A stretch of 32,000 nt of DNA from Trichodesmium erythraeum IMS101 (lineage in GTDB: Bacteria > Cyanobacteriota > Cyanobacteriia > Cyanobacteriales > Microcoleaceae): assembly GCF_000014265.1 (NCBI RefSeq), contig NC_008312.1, positions 1,020,001-1,052,000 on the forward strand, read 5' to 3'. Shown here one piece after another: positions 1-10,117 of the stretch (the first letter of the stretch is position 1; each line of letters begins with the position of its first letter). The notes beneath the pieces were generated by a model. It made no database searches. It saw only the letters and a program-made list of their open reading frames with translations, and had not been told where the DNA came from. The position numbers were made by a program, and so were the translations under genes.

Positions 1-558
1 TATCCAGTCAAATCTGGTAATGTTCAAATTGGCATTTATAATTTGCAGGATTTAGATATAAATTCTCTGAGAAAGCAAGTTGTATTAGTACCTCAAGATG
101 CTCATTTTTGGAGTCGTTCAATTATTGAAAATTTTTATTTAGCAGCTCCGGGAGTAACATTTGAAAAAATTGTTAAAGCTTGTCAAATTTCTGGTGCTGA
201 TGAATTTATTAGTTGTTTGCCTAATAAATATCAAACAGTTTTAGGAGAATTTGGAGCCAATATTTCTGGGGGTCAAAGGCAGCGTTTGGCAATAGCTAGA
301 GGTATTGTTAATGAGCCACCTGTATTAATTTTGGATGAGTCAACTTCTGGTTTAGATCCGATAGCTGAGTCTGAAGTTTTGGAGAGATTATTGTCTTATC
401 GTCGGGGTAAAACTACTATTTTTATTAGTCATAGACCTAGGGTAATTAGTAGGGCTGATTGGATTATTTTATTAAATCGTGGCCAGCTAGAATTGCAAGG
501 TTCTCCGGCATCTTTACGGGCAAAACATGGTAATCATTTAGATTTTTTGAATCCTTAA
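1..558 (+). CDS. ABC transporter ATP-binding domain, C-terminal part (5' end lies outside the window); HlyB/bacteriocin-exporter-like
   Basis: Frame 1 is open from nt 1 (YPVKSGNVQIGIYNLQDLD...). The TTG at 43 in the ORF track is internal. The translation shows the ABC signature ISGGQRQRLAIARG, Walker B VLILDESTSGLD and H-loop FISHR. Stop TAA at 556-558. Confidence 0.9.
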   Translation, partial: YPVKSGNVQIGIYNLQDLDINSLRKQVVLVPQDAHFWSRSIIENFYLAAPGVTFEKIVKACQISGADEFISCLPNKYQTVLGEFGANISGGQRQRLAIARGIVNEPPVLILDESTSGLDPIAESEVLERLLSYRRGKTTIFISHRPRVISRADWIILLNRGQLELQGSPASLRAKHGNHLDFLNP

Positions 559-820
559 AACAGATAAGTAGGAGATTAAATAGGAAGGTTTTATATGACG
601 TTCATAGGTTATAGCAAACATAAGAAGAATTCAAACTAATTATCTAATAATTATCAAAAACTTAAAAAAAGACTGTGTTAATTGCTTAAAAATTTAAGTA
701 TCACCTCAATATAGTATTACTTTTGGTTATTGCTATAAAATTGTTACAGATTTAGTCTTTTGTTGCCACCTCAAGAGTGAAGTGTTAAAATTTAGTCTGT
801 TGTCAATAAATTCAATAATA

Positions 821-3800
821 ATGACTATAGCTAATCCTATTAAAAAGGTTAACCAACTACTTCGGGAAAGAAAATTTGATGATGCTTTTAAAGAGTGCCA
901 AAAATCTATAGAAGTAAACCCTAATTTTTCCTGGAATTATTACTATTTAGGAAAAATATTAGCTGCACAAAATAAATGGCAAGAAGCACTTATCCAATAT
1001 GAAGAGGCAGTTAAAATCAATCCTAACTCTGCAACTTTTTACTATAGCTTGGCTAAAACTTTAAGACATCAAGGTCAATTAGATGAAGCAATTAAATATC
1101 TAAAAATAGCTATTTCTCTAAAAAATAATGTGATTATTTATCAACAAACTCTAGCTGAAGTTTATGAAGTTAAGTTTGATTTTGTGGGCGCATTTAAAAT
1201 TTGGCAAGAAATTATTGCTATTAATTATAATCATCCTGTAGCAACAAAAAAAATTCATTGGTTACGAACAGATATTGTTAGAGATTTTGTCGAGAATGGG
1301 GATAAGTTAAATAAGGAAGGAAAAATCAAGGAGGCTGTTAATTTTTACCAGCAAGCATTAACTATAAATTCCCAACAGCCTATGCCTATTTATCGTAATT
1401 TTGGGAATAATTTAATTACTTTAGGTAAATTTGAGGAAGCAGAAACGGTATTTAAGCAATTAAAAGAAATGTATCCAGAGCTAACAGATGGTTATGAGGG
1501 TTATGCAAGGTTAACTCATAGTTTAGGGAATTGGGAGTTGGCATTAAAGCGTTGGGAAAATGCTATAGAAAAGTTTCCAGAAAATATCGGTTTTCAAACT
1601 CAGAAAGGCAATATGTTGATAAATTTGTCTCGGTTTGATGAGGCAGAATCAGTTTTTCAAAGTTTAAAAGAAAAGTTTCCTCATCAACCTCAAGGTTACG
1701 ATGGTTATGCCAGATTAACTCATAGTTTTGCTGATTGGAACTTGGCTTTGAAGCGTTGGGAAAATGCTATAGAAAAGTTTCCAGAACATATCGGTTTTCA
1801 AACTCAGAAAGGCAATATATTAATAAATTTATCTCGGTTTGATGAAGCAGAATCAGTTTTTCAAAGGTTAATAGAAAAGTTTCCTCATCAACCTCAAGGT
1901 TACGATGGTTATGCCAAATTAACTTATCGTTTTGCTGATTGGAACTTGGCTTTGAAGCGTTGGGAAAATGCCATAGAAAAGTTTCCAGAAAATATCGGTT
2001 TTCAAACTCAGAAAGGCAATATGTTGATAAATTTGTCTCGGTTTGATGAAGCAGAATCAGTTTTTCAAAGGTTAATAGAAAAGTTTCCTCATCAACCTCA
2101 AGGTTACGATGGTTATGCCAGATTAACTCATAGTTTTGCTGATTGGAACTTGGCTTTGAAGCGTTGGGAAAATGCTATAGAAAAGTTTCCAGAAAATATC
2201 GGTTTTCAAACTCAGAAAGGCAATATGTTGATAAATTTGTCTCGGTTTGATGAAGCAGAATCAGTTTTTCAAAGGTTAATAGAAAAGTTTCCTCATCAAC
2301 CTCAAGGTTACGATGGTTATGCCAGATTAACTCATAGTTTTGCTGATTGGAACTTGGCTTTGAAGCGTTGGGAAAATGCTATAGAAAAGTTTCCAGAAAA
2401 TATCGGTTTTCAAACTCAGAAAGGCAATATGTTGATAAATTTGTCTCGGTTTGATGAAGCAGAATCAGTTTTTCAAAGGTTAATAGAAAAGTTTCCTCAT
2501 CAACCTCAAGGTTACGATGGTTATGCCAGATTAACTCATAGTTTTGCTGATTGGAACTTGGCTTTGAAGCGTTGGGAAAATGCTATAGAAAAGTTTCCAG
2601 AACATATCGGTTTTCAAACTCAGAAAGGCAATATATTAATAAATTTATCTCGGTTTGATGAAGCAGAATCAGTTTTTCAAAGGTTAATAGAAAAGTTTCC
2701 TCATCAACCTCAAGGTTACGATGGTTATGCCAGATTAACTCATCGTTTTGCTGATTGGAACTTGGCTTTGAAGCGTTGGGAAAATGCCATAGAAAAGTTT
2801 CCAGAAAATATCGGTTTTCAAACTCAGAAAGGCAATATGTTGATAAATTTGTCTCGGTTTGATGAAGCAGAATCAGTTTTTCAAAGGTTAATAGAAAAGT
2901 TTCCTCATCAACCTCAAGGTTACGATGGTTATGCCAGATTAACTCATAGTTTTGCTGATTGGAACTTGGCTTTGAAGCGTTGGGAAAATGCTATAGAAAA
3001 GTTTCCAGAAAATATCGGTTTTCAAACTCAGAAAGGCAATATGTTGATAAATTTGTCTCGGTTTGATGAAGCAGAATCAGTTTTTCAAAGGTTAATAGAA
3101 AAGTTTCCTCATCAACCTCAAGGTTACGATGGTTATGCCAGATTAACTCATAGTTTTGCTGATTGGAACTTGGCTTTGAAGCGTTGGGAAAATGCTATAG
3201 AAAAGTTTCCAGAAAATATCGGTTTTCAAACTCAGAAAGGCAATATGTTGATAAATTTGTCTCGGTTTGATGAAGCAGAATCAGTTTTTCAAAGGTTAAT
3301 AGAAAAGTTTCCTCATCAACCTCAAGGTTACGATGGTTATGCCAGATTAACTCATAGTTTTGCTGATTGGAACTTGGCTTTGAAGCGTTGGGAAAATGCT
3401 ATAGAAAAGTTTCCAGAACATATCGGTTTTCAAACTCAGAAAGGCAATATGTTGATAAATTTGTCTCGGTTTGATGAAGCAGAATCAGTTTTTCAAAGGT
3501 TAATAGAAAAGTTTCCTCATCAACCTCAAGGTTACGATGGTTATGCCAGATTAACTCATAGTTTTGCTGATTGGAACTTGGCTTTGAAGCGTTGGGAAAA
3601 TGCTATAGAAAAGTTTCCAGAAAATATCGGTTTTCAAACTCAGAAAGGCAATATGTTGATAAATTTGTCTCGGTTTGATGAAGCAGAATCAGTTTTTCAA
3701 AGGTTAATAGAAAAGTTTCCTCATCAACCTCAAGGTTACGATGGTTATGCCAGATTAACTCATAGTTTTGCTGATTGGAACTTGGCTTTGAAGCGTTGGG

Positions 3801-6800
3801 AAAATGCTATAGAAAAGTTTCCAGAACATATCGGTTTTCAAACTCAGAAAGGCAATATATTAATAAATTTATCTCGGTTTGATGAAGCAGAATCAGTTTT
3901 TCAAAGGTTAATAGAAAAGTTTCCTCATCAACCTCAAGGTTACGATGGTTATGCCAAATTAACTTATCGTTTTGCTGATTGGAACTTGGCTTTGAAGCGT
4001 TGGGAAAATGCCATAGAAAAGTTTCCAGAAAATATCGGTTTTCAAACTCAGAAAGGCAATATGTTGATAAATTTGTCTCGGTTTGATGAAGCAGAATCAG
4101 TTTTTCAAAGGTTAATAGAAAAGTTTCCTCATCAACCTCAAGGTTACGATGGTTATGCCAGATTAACTCATAGTTTTGCTGATTGGAACTTGGCTTTGAA
4201 GCGTTGGGAAAATGCTATAGAAAAGTTTCCAGAAAATATCGGTTTTCAAACTCAGAAAGGCAATATGTTGATAAATTTGTCTCGGTTTGATGAAGCAGAA
4301 TCAGTTTTTCAAAGGTTAATAGAAAAGTTTCCTCATCAACCTCAAGGTTACGATGGTTATGCCAGATTAACTCATAGTTTTGCTGATTGGAACTTGGCTT
4401 TGAAGCGTTGGGAAAATGCTATAGAAAAGTTTCCAGAAAATATCGGTTTTCAAACTCAGAAAGGCAATATGTTGATAAATTTGTCTCGGTTTGATGAAGC
4501 AGAATCAGTTTTTCAAAGGTTAATAGAAAAGTTTCCTCATCAACCTCAAGGTTACGATGGTTATGCCAGATTAACTCATAGTTTTGCAGATTGGAACTTG
4601 GCTTTGAAGCGTTGGGAAAATGCTATAGAAAAGTTTCCAGAACATATCGGTTTTCAAACTCAGAAAGGCAATATGTTGATAAATTTGTCTCGGTTTGATG
4701 AGGCAGAATCAGTTTTTCAAAGGTTAATAGAAAAGTTTCCTCATCAACCTCAAGGTTACGAGGGTTATGCCAGATTAGCTAATCATTTGGGGAATTGGGA
4801 ATTAGCTTTGAAGCGATGGGAAAATGCGATTAATCATTTGCCCCACCATTTTCATTTTTATGTACAGAAAGGGAATGTTTTAATTACTTTATTTAGGTAT
4901 CAAGAAGCAGAAACTTTGTTTGAGGAACTTATCTCAAAATATCCTCATCAACATCATGGTTATGATGGTTTAGCCAGAGTATTAATGCACGCCCAAAAAT
5001 GGGAATTAGCCTTAACTTGTTGGCAAACTGCTATGGATAAATTTCCAAATAATCTTGTGTTTTTAGTTGGTAAAGCTAATGCTTATATAGAACTACATAA
5101 GTTTGATTCAGCTCAGGATTTAGCAGATAGAATATTTCGCCAATATCCTAACTATTATCAACAAAAATATGGTCTCCAAAAAAATATCATATTGCGTCGT
5201 TATGCGCTTGAAAAAAGTATCGCTTCTCTAAGCAAAGTCGAAGATTATTTCAGATATTTGTTGTCTGAATCAGAGGTTTTTCCTATTGCTTATTCTTGTG
5301 ATCAAATACTTTTAGAATCAATAAATAATCTTACTCAAACTATGCACCATTTTATTACCCTTGGCATTATTGGCATAGCCGTGAAAAGATTATTAGATGA
5401 TTACTTTTTAGAGGTATCACCTGGAGAGATATTAGCTTGTACATTTAAAAAGTTAATTACTCAAAAATTAGGGAATGAAAATTTTGACTTACAGCAAGCA
5501 GAAATATTATGTACTGAAGGAAATTTTCGGGCTGCTATTGATATTTACCTTAATCTAGGAGATGAGATAATAGAAGAATTTATTCCTGACTATCCAGAAC
5601 ATATTGATAGACTATTTTATGGAATAATAGAGCATAATATAACAGCAGATTTACCAGAAAAATATGGCAGTTTATCATTAGCAAAGGAAACCCTAGAAGC
5701 AGACTTAATAAATGCTGATTTTGATGGCGATAGTATTAGTATTTACTCTCAACTGGGTTATTTATTAGTACATCTAGGTGAAACTGAGAAGGGTTTAGCG
5801 TATTTAAACAAGGGTGTAGAAATTTCTATTTATAGTCAGGATGCCTATATCAAATTGGGCTACGCTTTATTAAAAATAGGAAAAAAAGATTCGGCATTTG
5901 CTAATTATAAACAGGCGATTAAATTAAATTTTGCTTTGGCTTTATTAAGTGCGACTTTAATAGAATGGGGAATATCTAAGTCTCACCAATTAATCAATAG
6001 TGGTTGTCAAAAGTTTGAAGTCTATCAACAACTTTCAAATTTGTTGATTCAAAAAGGTTTGTCAAAAGAAGCTTTGGAAGTTGTTCATAAAGTTCAGAAT
6101 AAATTTGGTGATGGACACTATGGCAAGAAAAATTTAATCCCTATTTTAGTTGCTCAAGGAAATAAGCAGGAAGCACTAAAATACTATCAACAAGTATTAA
6201 TAGAAAATCCTAAATCTGCTGATAAAAATTTGAGTGTTTTGAGAAGTTGTTCCTCTTTGGAAAAGTTTGAAAATCAAACTCTGCTACAAGCAGTAATGTG
6301 CGATAGATTTAAAATTGCTTATGCTTATATTCCTAAATGTGCTTGCACTACAATAAAAACTGTCATCAAGTTCCTATCATCTGAGCTTAAGAAGGATAAC
6401 TATAGAATAAATAAAAAAATTAGTACTCTTAAGTATCAAGATCCAATGGAGATACATCGATTCCAAAAAATTTACTTGATAAATATGGGAAATATAACAA
6501 CTAATTATTTTAAATTTGTAGTAGTGAGAGAGCCAATTAAGCGTTTTTTATCTGCTTTTTCTAATAAAATATTATACTCTAAAGAATCATTAGAAAGAAC
6601 TAAATTAACCGCCATTCAATATCTATCAATGGCTCAGTTAGGAGTTAATCCCGAAATAAATTCGATGATTGAAAACTTAGAATTATATTCAGAAATGTCT
6701 GATAATTGGCAACTTCATATCAAACCGCAGCACACTTTTATGGGCAATCAAATAAAGGGATTCGATCGTATATTTCAAGTAGAGCGTTTAGGAGAATTAG

Positions 6801-7000
6801 GGAAAAAATTATCAGAAATAACTGGGTTTGAAATTAACTTACCCAGACTTAATACTGGAGGTAGAAAAATATCATTAGCAGAGTTGTCAGAGAAGTCTAT
6901 AAAAAAATTAATTGACTTTTATTCCAGAGATTATGAGTTACTAAAAGATTATTATTCTCCAGAGAAAATTTGGGATGAATATCAAGCATTAAAAAGATAA
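821..7000 (+). CDS. Giant TPR-repeat protein with a C-terminal sulfotransferase (family 2-like) domain
   Basis: Single long ORF. The first in-frame start is GTG at 782, but ATG at 821 (MTIANPIKK...) is more likely. The N-terminal and central parts are 34-aa TPR-like repeats (A..W/F...IEKFP periodicity). The region encoded by about 6290-6997 carries sulfotransferase-type motifs: YIPKCACTT (5'-PSB-like loop) and VVREPIKRFLSAFSNK (3'-PB-like). Confidence 0.85.
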   Translation: MTIANPIKKVNQLLRERKFDDAFKECQKSIEVNPNFSWNYYYLGKILAAQNKWQEALIQYEEAVKINPNSATFYYSLAKTLRHQGQLDEAIKYLKIAISLKNNVIIYQQTLAEVYEVKFDFVGAFKIWQEIIAINYNHPVATKKIHWLRTDIVRDFVENGDKLNKEGKIKEAVNFYQQALTINSQQPMPIYRNFGNNLITLGKFEEAETVFKQLKEMYPELTDGYEGYARLTHSLGNWELALKRWENAIEKFPENIGFQTQKGNMLINLSRFDEAESVFQSLKEKFPHQPQGYDGYARLTHSFADWNLALKRWENAIEKFPEHIGFQTQKGNILINLSRFDEAESVFQRLIEKFPHQPQGYDGYAKLTYRFADWNLALKRWENAIEKFPENIGFQTQKGNMLINLSRFDEAESVFQRLIEKFPHQPQGYDGYARLTHSFADWNLALKRWENAIEKFPENIGFQTQKGNMLINLSRFDEAESVFQRLIEKFPHQPQGYDGYARLTHSFADWNLALKRWENAIEKFPENIGFQTQKGNMLINLSRFDEAESVFQRLIEKFPHQPQGYDGYARLTHSFADWNLALKRWENAIEKFPEHIGFQTQKGNILINLSRFDEAESVFQRLIEKFPHQPQGYDGYARLTHRFADWNLALKRWENAIEKFPENIGFQTQKGNMLINLSRFDEAESVFQRLIEKFPHQPQGYDGYARLTHSFADWNLALKRWENAIEKFPENIGFQTQKGNMLINLSRFDEAESVFQRLIEKFPHQPQGYDGYARLTHSFADWNLALKRWENAIEKFPENIGFQTQKGNMLINLSRFDEAESVFQRLIEKFPHQPQGYDGYARLTHSFADWNLALKRWENAIEKFPEHIGFQTQKGNMLINLSRFDEAESVFQRLIEKFPHQPQGYDGYARLTHSFADWNLALKRWENAIEKFPENIGFQTQKGNMLINLSRFDEAESVFQRLIEKFPHQPQGYDGYARLTHSFADWNLALKRWENAIEKFPEHIGFQTQKGNILINLSRFDEAESVFQRLIEKFPHQPQGYDGYAKLTYRFADWNLALKRWENAIEKFPENIGFQTQKGNMLINLSRFDEAESVFQRLIEKFPHQPQGYDGYARLTHSFADWNLALKRWENAIEKFPENIGFQTQKGNMLINLSRFDEAESVFQRLIEKFPHQPQGYDGYARLTHSFADWNLALKRWENAIEKFPENIGFQTQKGNMLINLSRFDEAESVFQRLIEKFPHQPQGYDGYARLTHSFADWNLALKRWENAIEKFPEHIGFQTQKGNMLINLSRFDEAESVFQRLIEKFPHQPQGYEGYARLANHLGNWELALKRWENAINHLPHHFHFYVQKGNVLITLFRYQEAETLFEELISKYPHQHHGYDGLARVLMHAQKWELALTCWQTAMDKFPNNLVFLVGKANAYIELHKFDSAQDLADRIFRQYPNYYQQKYGLQKNIILRRYALEKSIASLSKVEDYFRYLLSESEVFPIAYSCDQILLESINNLTQTMHHFITLGIIGIAVKRLLDDYFLEVSPGEILACTFKKLITQKLGNENFDLQQAEILCTEGNFRAAIDIYLNLGDEIIEEFIPDYPEHIDRLFYGIIEHNITADLPEKYGSLSLAKETLEADLINADFDGDSISIYSQLGYLLVHLGETEKGLAYLNKGVEISIYSQDAYIKLGYALLKIGKKDSAFANYKQAIKLNFALALLSATLIEWGISKSHQLINSGCQKFEVYQQLSNLLIQKGLSKEALEVVHKVQNKFGDGHYGKKNLIPILVAQGNKQEALKYYQQVLIENPKSADKNLSVLRSCSSLEKFENQTLLQAVMCDRFKIAYAYIPKCACTTIKTVIKFLSSELKKDNYRINKKISTLKYQDPMEIHRFQKIYLINMGNITTNYFKFVVVREPIKRFLSAFSNKILYSKESLERTKLTAIQYLSMAQLGVNPEINSMIENLELYSEMSDNWQLHIKPQHTFMGNQIKGFDRIFQVERLGELGKKLSEITGFEINLPRLNTGGRKISLAELSEKSIKKLIDFYSRDYELLKDYYSPEKIWDEYQALKR
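1532..4795 (+). repeat. 16 near-identical in-frame tandem units of 204 bp (68 aa, two TPR motifs each) inside the giant ORF
   Basis: The unit WNLALKRWENAIEKFPENIGFQTQKGNMLINLSRFDEAESVFQRLIEKFPHQPQGYDGYARLTHSFAD recurs every 204 nt (for example tgctatagaaaag at 1561 and 1765). Units differ by 0-5 nt. More diverged units continue on both flanks (about 1380-1531 and 4796-5200). Confidence 0.95.
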
Positions 7001-7039
7001 TACTAATCAAGATAGTTGCTTATGCAAATCAAACATTTA

Positions 7040-7680
7040 ATATGACTCAAAAGCAAATATGTTGAGAAATTTGTCTCCGTTCTATGAGGGGTAAGCTAGT
7101 TTTTTTATAGTTCCCAGAAAAATATTTCAATTAACCCAAAGTGCTCAAACTCATAGCTAGTTAACTCCTCATTTTTTCCTGATAAATTTAACTTTAGAAT
7201 TCTCGAAAAATTTCCGATAAAAGTTTCCCAAATATACATATAGTTTTGACGAATCAAAAGCCAATATGTTGATAAAATTCTCTCACTTCGATAAGGAGTA
7301 ATCCAGTTTTTTTATAATTCCCAAGTTACCATAAAAATATTTAAATCAACCTAAGGTGCTCAAACTTATGGCTAGTTAACTCCTGATTTTTCAGGTGTAA
7401 ATTTAGCTAAATAGTTAGCATTTGCTAATTATAAATAGGTAGTTAAATTTAATTTATTTTTAGGTTTATTAAATGCGACTTTAATCAAAGAGAGAATATC
7501 TAAGTATCGCCAATTGATCAATAGTTGCATTTAAAAATTGCGAGTATATTAACAACTTTAAAACTTATTAGTTAAAAAACAAAAAAACTGTATCAAAAAA
7601 AGCTCTGCAAATTGTTCATAAAGTTAAGACTAAACTTGATTATCTATACCAAGGTAAAAATATATCCAGAATTTATCCCC
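7040..7680 (+). pseudogene. Decayed partial copy of the upstream TPR-sulfotransferase gene (two degenerate 204-bp units plus a copy of the 5891-6150 segment)
   Basis: The 7051-7260 and 7258-7400 segments align by eye to the repeat unit (caaatatgttgagaaatttgtctccgtt and caatatgttgataaaattctctcacttcg versus caatatgttgataaatttgtctcggtttg; ttaactcctcatttt versus ttaactcatagtttt). The 7418-7670 segment aligns to 5891-6150 (gcatttgctaattataaa..., gcgactttaat..., atatctaagt..., ttgttcataaagtt...). No open frame survives. Confidence 0.7.
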
Positions 7681-7703
7681 CAACTACCTTATTTAATTCT
7701 TGT

Positions 7704-9122
7704 TCAATTCTCACTTGTTTTAATACCCTCACTAAAATCTGAGAAAAGTTGCTTTTGCTTTTCAAGAGATATATTTTCATCACTTCCTAATCTATCTAAA
7801 ATATCTAATATTTCCCGTTCAAATGTCACATTAGCACGATTAGTTTTACCCCCTATATAAAGTCGCTCACTCTCTTGAAAAGCCCAAATTTGAGAGTGAG
7901 AAACATAACTCATTAATACACTCAACATTAATAAACCAAAACCTAAATAAACAATTGGAATACCAGGGTCAGCTTTAATTTGTAAGCCTGTACTACCTAT
8001 AATTTTGTCAATAAATAGAGTGACACCACTCACCTCTATAAACATTCCTTCCCGCACACTAGCAACTAACTTACCAGAAGTATCATAAACTAATACATTT
8101 CCTTGTAAATCTTTGGCAAGTAAAGATACACCTTCACTTAAATCTGGTTTTATAGGAACCCAAGTACCCCAAATTTTACCCCCTCCTTCTGTATTTAATT
8201 GTGCCATTGGTAACCGAAAAACAGGACTTTTATTAACCCTAACTTTAACTGCAGCGATCGCCCAATCTGCTTGATACATTGTCACCCCATGATAACGCAT
8301 AGGTTGATTAACAAATATGGTTTTCCTATCTACTTCTTCTCCACTTTTATCTAATATTGATAAGTCAGAATAAAACTGGTCAATTCCTCCAGAAGGAGTA
8401 TAATCAATCCAGAAACGATTGACTCGAACTGACCAATTTTTAGGAATTTGTGACTTAGCAAAAATTCCCGCATCAATAATATTTTTTACTTGAAATGTTT
8501 CCCCACTCGGCACTATTTCTTGACCAAGAAATCCAGTCATTGAGCCGATTATTGAACCTGCTAAAATTATTAGCATACTAGCGTGAACTATTATGGGACC
8601 AACTTTGCCAATAATTCCTTTTCTTCCATAAAGTTTATCTCCTTCTTTAGAAGTTTTATAGCCCCTTTTCTGTAATATTTCTTCTAAAGAATCTAGAGAA
8701 GCTGTTTCTATTTCTGCACTTAATGCTAAGTTTTTAAATTGTTGTTTTTTATTATAAAATTTCCAGCGGTTCGCAGATTTTAGGGCTGGTAATTGTCTAG
8801 TAAATGTGCAGGCAGTTAAACTAGCTCCGAATAATATTAATATTGATAAAAACCACCAAGTCCGGTAAACATGATCTAATTCTAATAATAAAATTACTTT
8901 CCAGGTTAAAAAACCAAATAATGCTGGTTTTTCTGGATAGTTTTCTTGATAAAAAGCTATTGACTCACCTTGTTCTATAACTGTGCCTGAAATACTACAG
9001 ATAGCTATTATTAAAAGTAGAGCGATCGCCAAGCGTAAATCAGCTAATAATGGCAATATTTCTCGTTTAAATATTCTTAAAGGATTTATCAGAGAATTTT
9101 TATCTGAATCTTCAACATCCAT
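7704..9122 (-). CDS. ccs1: Cytochrome c biogenesis protein Ccs1/CcsB (ResB family, System II)
   Basis: The translation has the typical N-terminus [28 protein letters not shown], further TM segments and a large soluble loop ([33 protein letters not shown]). The ORF opens at TTG 9146. The first ATG is at 9122 and is used here as the start. Confidence 0.85.
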
Positions 9123-9385
9123 TGATTTAATTACTATTAGTTTCAATAATTTTTATTGTAGTCAATAAGTTAGGTATAACTCAACATTAAAAAAAATCGC
9201 CCGGTGGTTTAACTAAAATTTTTTATAAATTAGCACTTTATTCCTAACAACTATATCTATACTCCTTAGGCTTATTTCTACTTGCTTACTTTATGAGAGA
9301 AGTATTAATATTCCTAATATAACTTATATTAAATCCATTAATTAGGTATAAAAAAACTGATAACTAAATGCTAATAGCTGCAAAC

Positions 9386-10117
9386 TTACACTGGTATAAT
9401 CCTAGATAAAAGTGAAAATACACCAAAACCAACTAATAAAATTCCACTAGCAGGTGTAATCCAACTAGACCATTTTCTAATTTCCAAAAATTTTTTAATA
9501 TTAGCTGTAAAAGCTCCTGCTAATATCAAAGGTGTGACATAACCCATAGCATAAAATAGCAAGAAAAATCCACCTAAAATTAAATCTCCAGTAGTCGAAA
9601 CCCAAGCTAATAATGTCGCTAATACAGGAGTGCTACAAGGAGATGCTATTAAACCAAATGTTAAACCTAATAAATATGAACGTACTCCTTTAGGTAAATC
9701 TTGAGATATCCATCCCATACTGTCAAAAGATGGCATTGGTAATGGTAATGCTTCTAGTAAGTTAAGACCCATAAAAATAGCTATTATACTAACAACAATT
9801 GGTAATCCTACACCTACTTGACCATAGACTTTTCCCAGCAATGATGCTATAATACCTAACCCAGCTAAAGTTGTAGCTAATCCTAGAGAAAACCAAGCAG
9901 ATTGAACAGTAGCTTGAATACGACTTTTAGCTTCGTATCCGCCAATATAACCAATAGTTATTGGTAGCATGGAAAGCATGCAAGGAGTAAGACTGGTCAG
10001 TAAACCAGCTACAAAGATAGTTACTAAACTTACCCAACTTAGGTGTGTTAGTTGAGTTTTTACTAAACTATTTGCATATTGGGCGGTTTCGTAAAAGAAA
10101 GTTAGGATAGTTTCCAT
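9386..10117 (-). CDS. ccdA: Cytochrome c-type biogenesis thiol:disulfide transmembrane protein CcdA (DsbD-like)
   Basis: 243-aa polytopic membrane protein with the two conserved Cys-containing segments (LTSLTPCMLSMLPITIGYIGG and LIASPCSTPVLATLLAW). ATG start at 10117. Same strand as ccs1 and immediately upstream of it. Confidence 0.85.
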   Translation of the reverse strand: METILTFFYETAQYANSLVKTQLTHLSWVSLVTIFVAGLLTSLTPCMLSMLPITIGYIGGYEAKSRIQATVQSAWFSLGLATTLAGLGIIASLLGKVYGQVGVGLPIVVSIIAIFMGLNLLEALPLPMPSFDSMGWISQDLPKGVRSYLLGLTFGLIASPCSTPVLATLLAWVSTTGDLILGGFFLLFYAMGYVTPLILAGAFTANIKKFLEIRKWSSWITPASGILLVGFGVFSLLSRIIPV

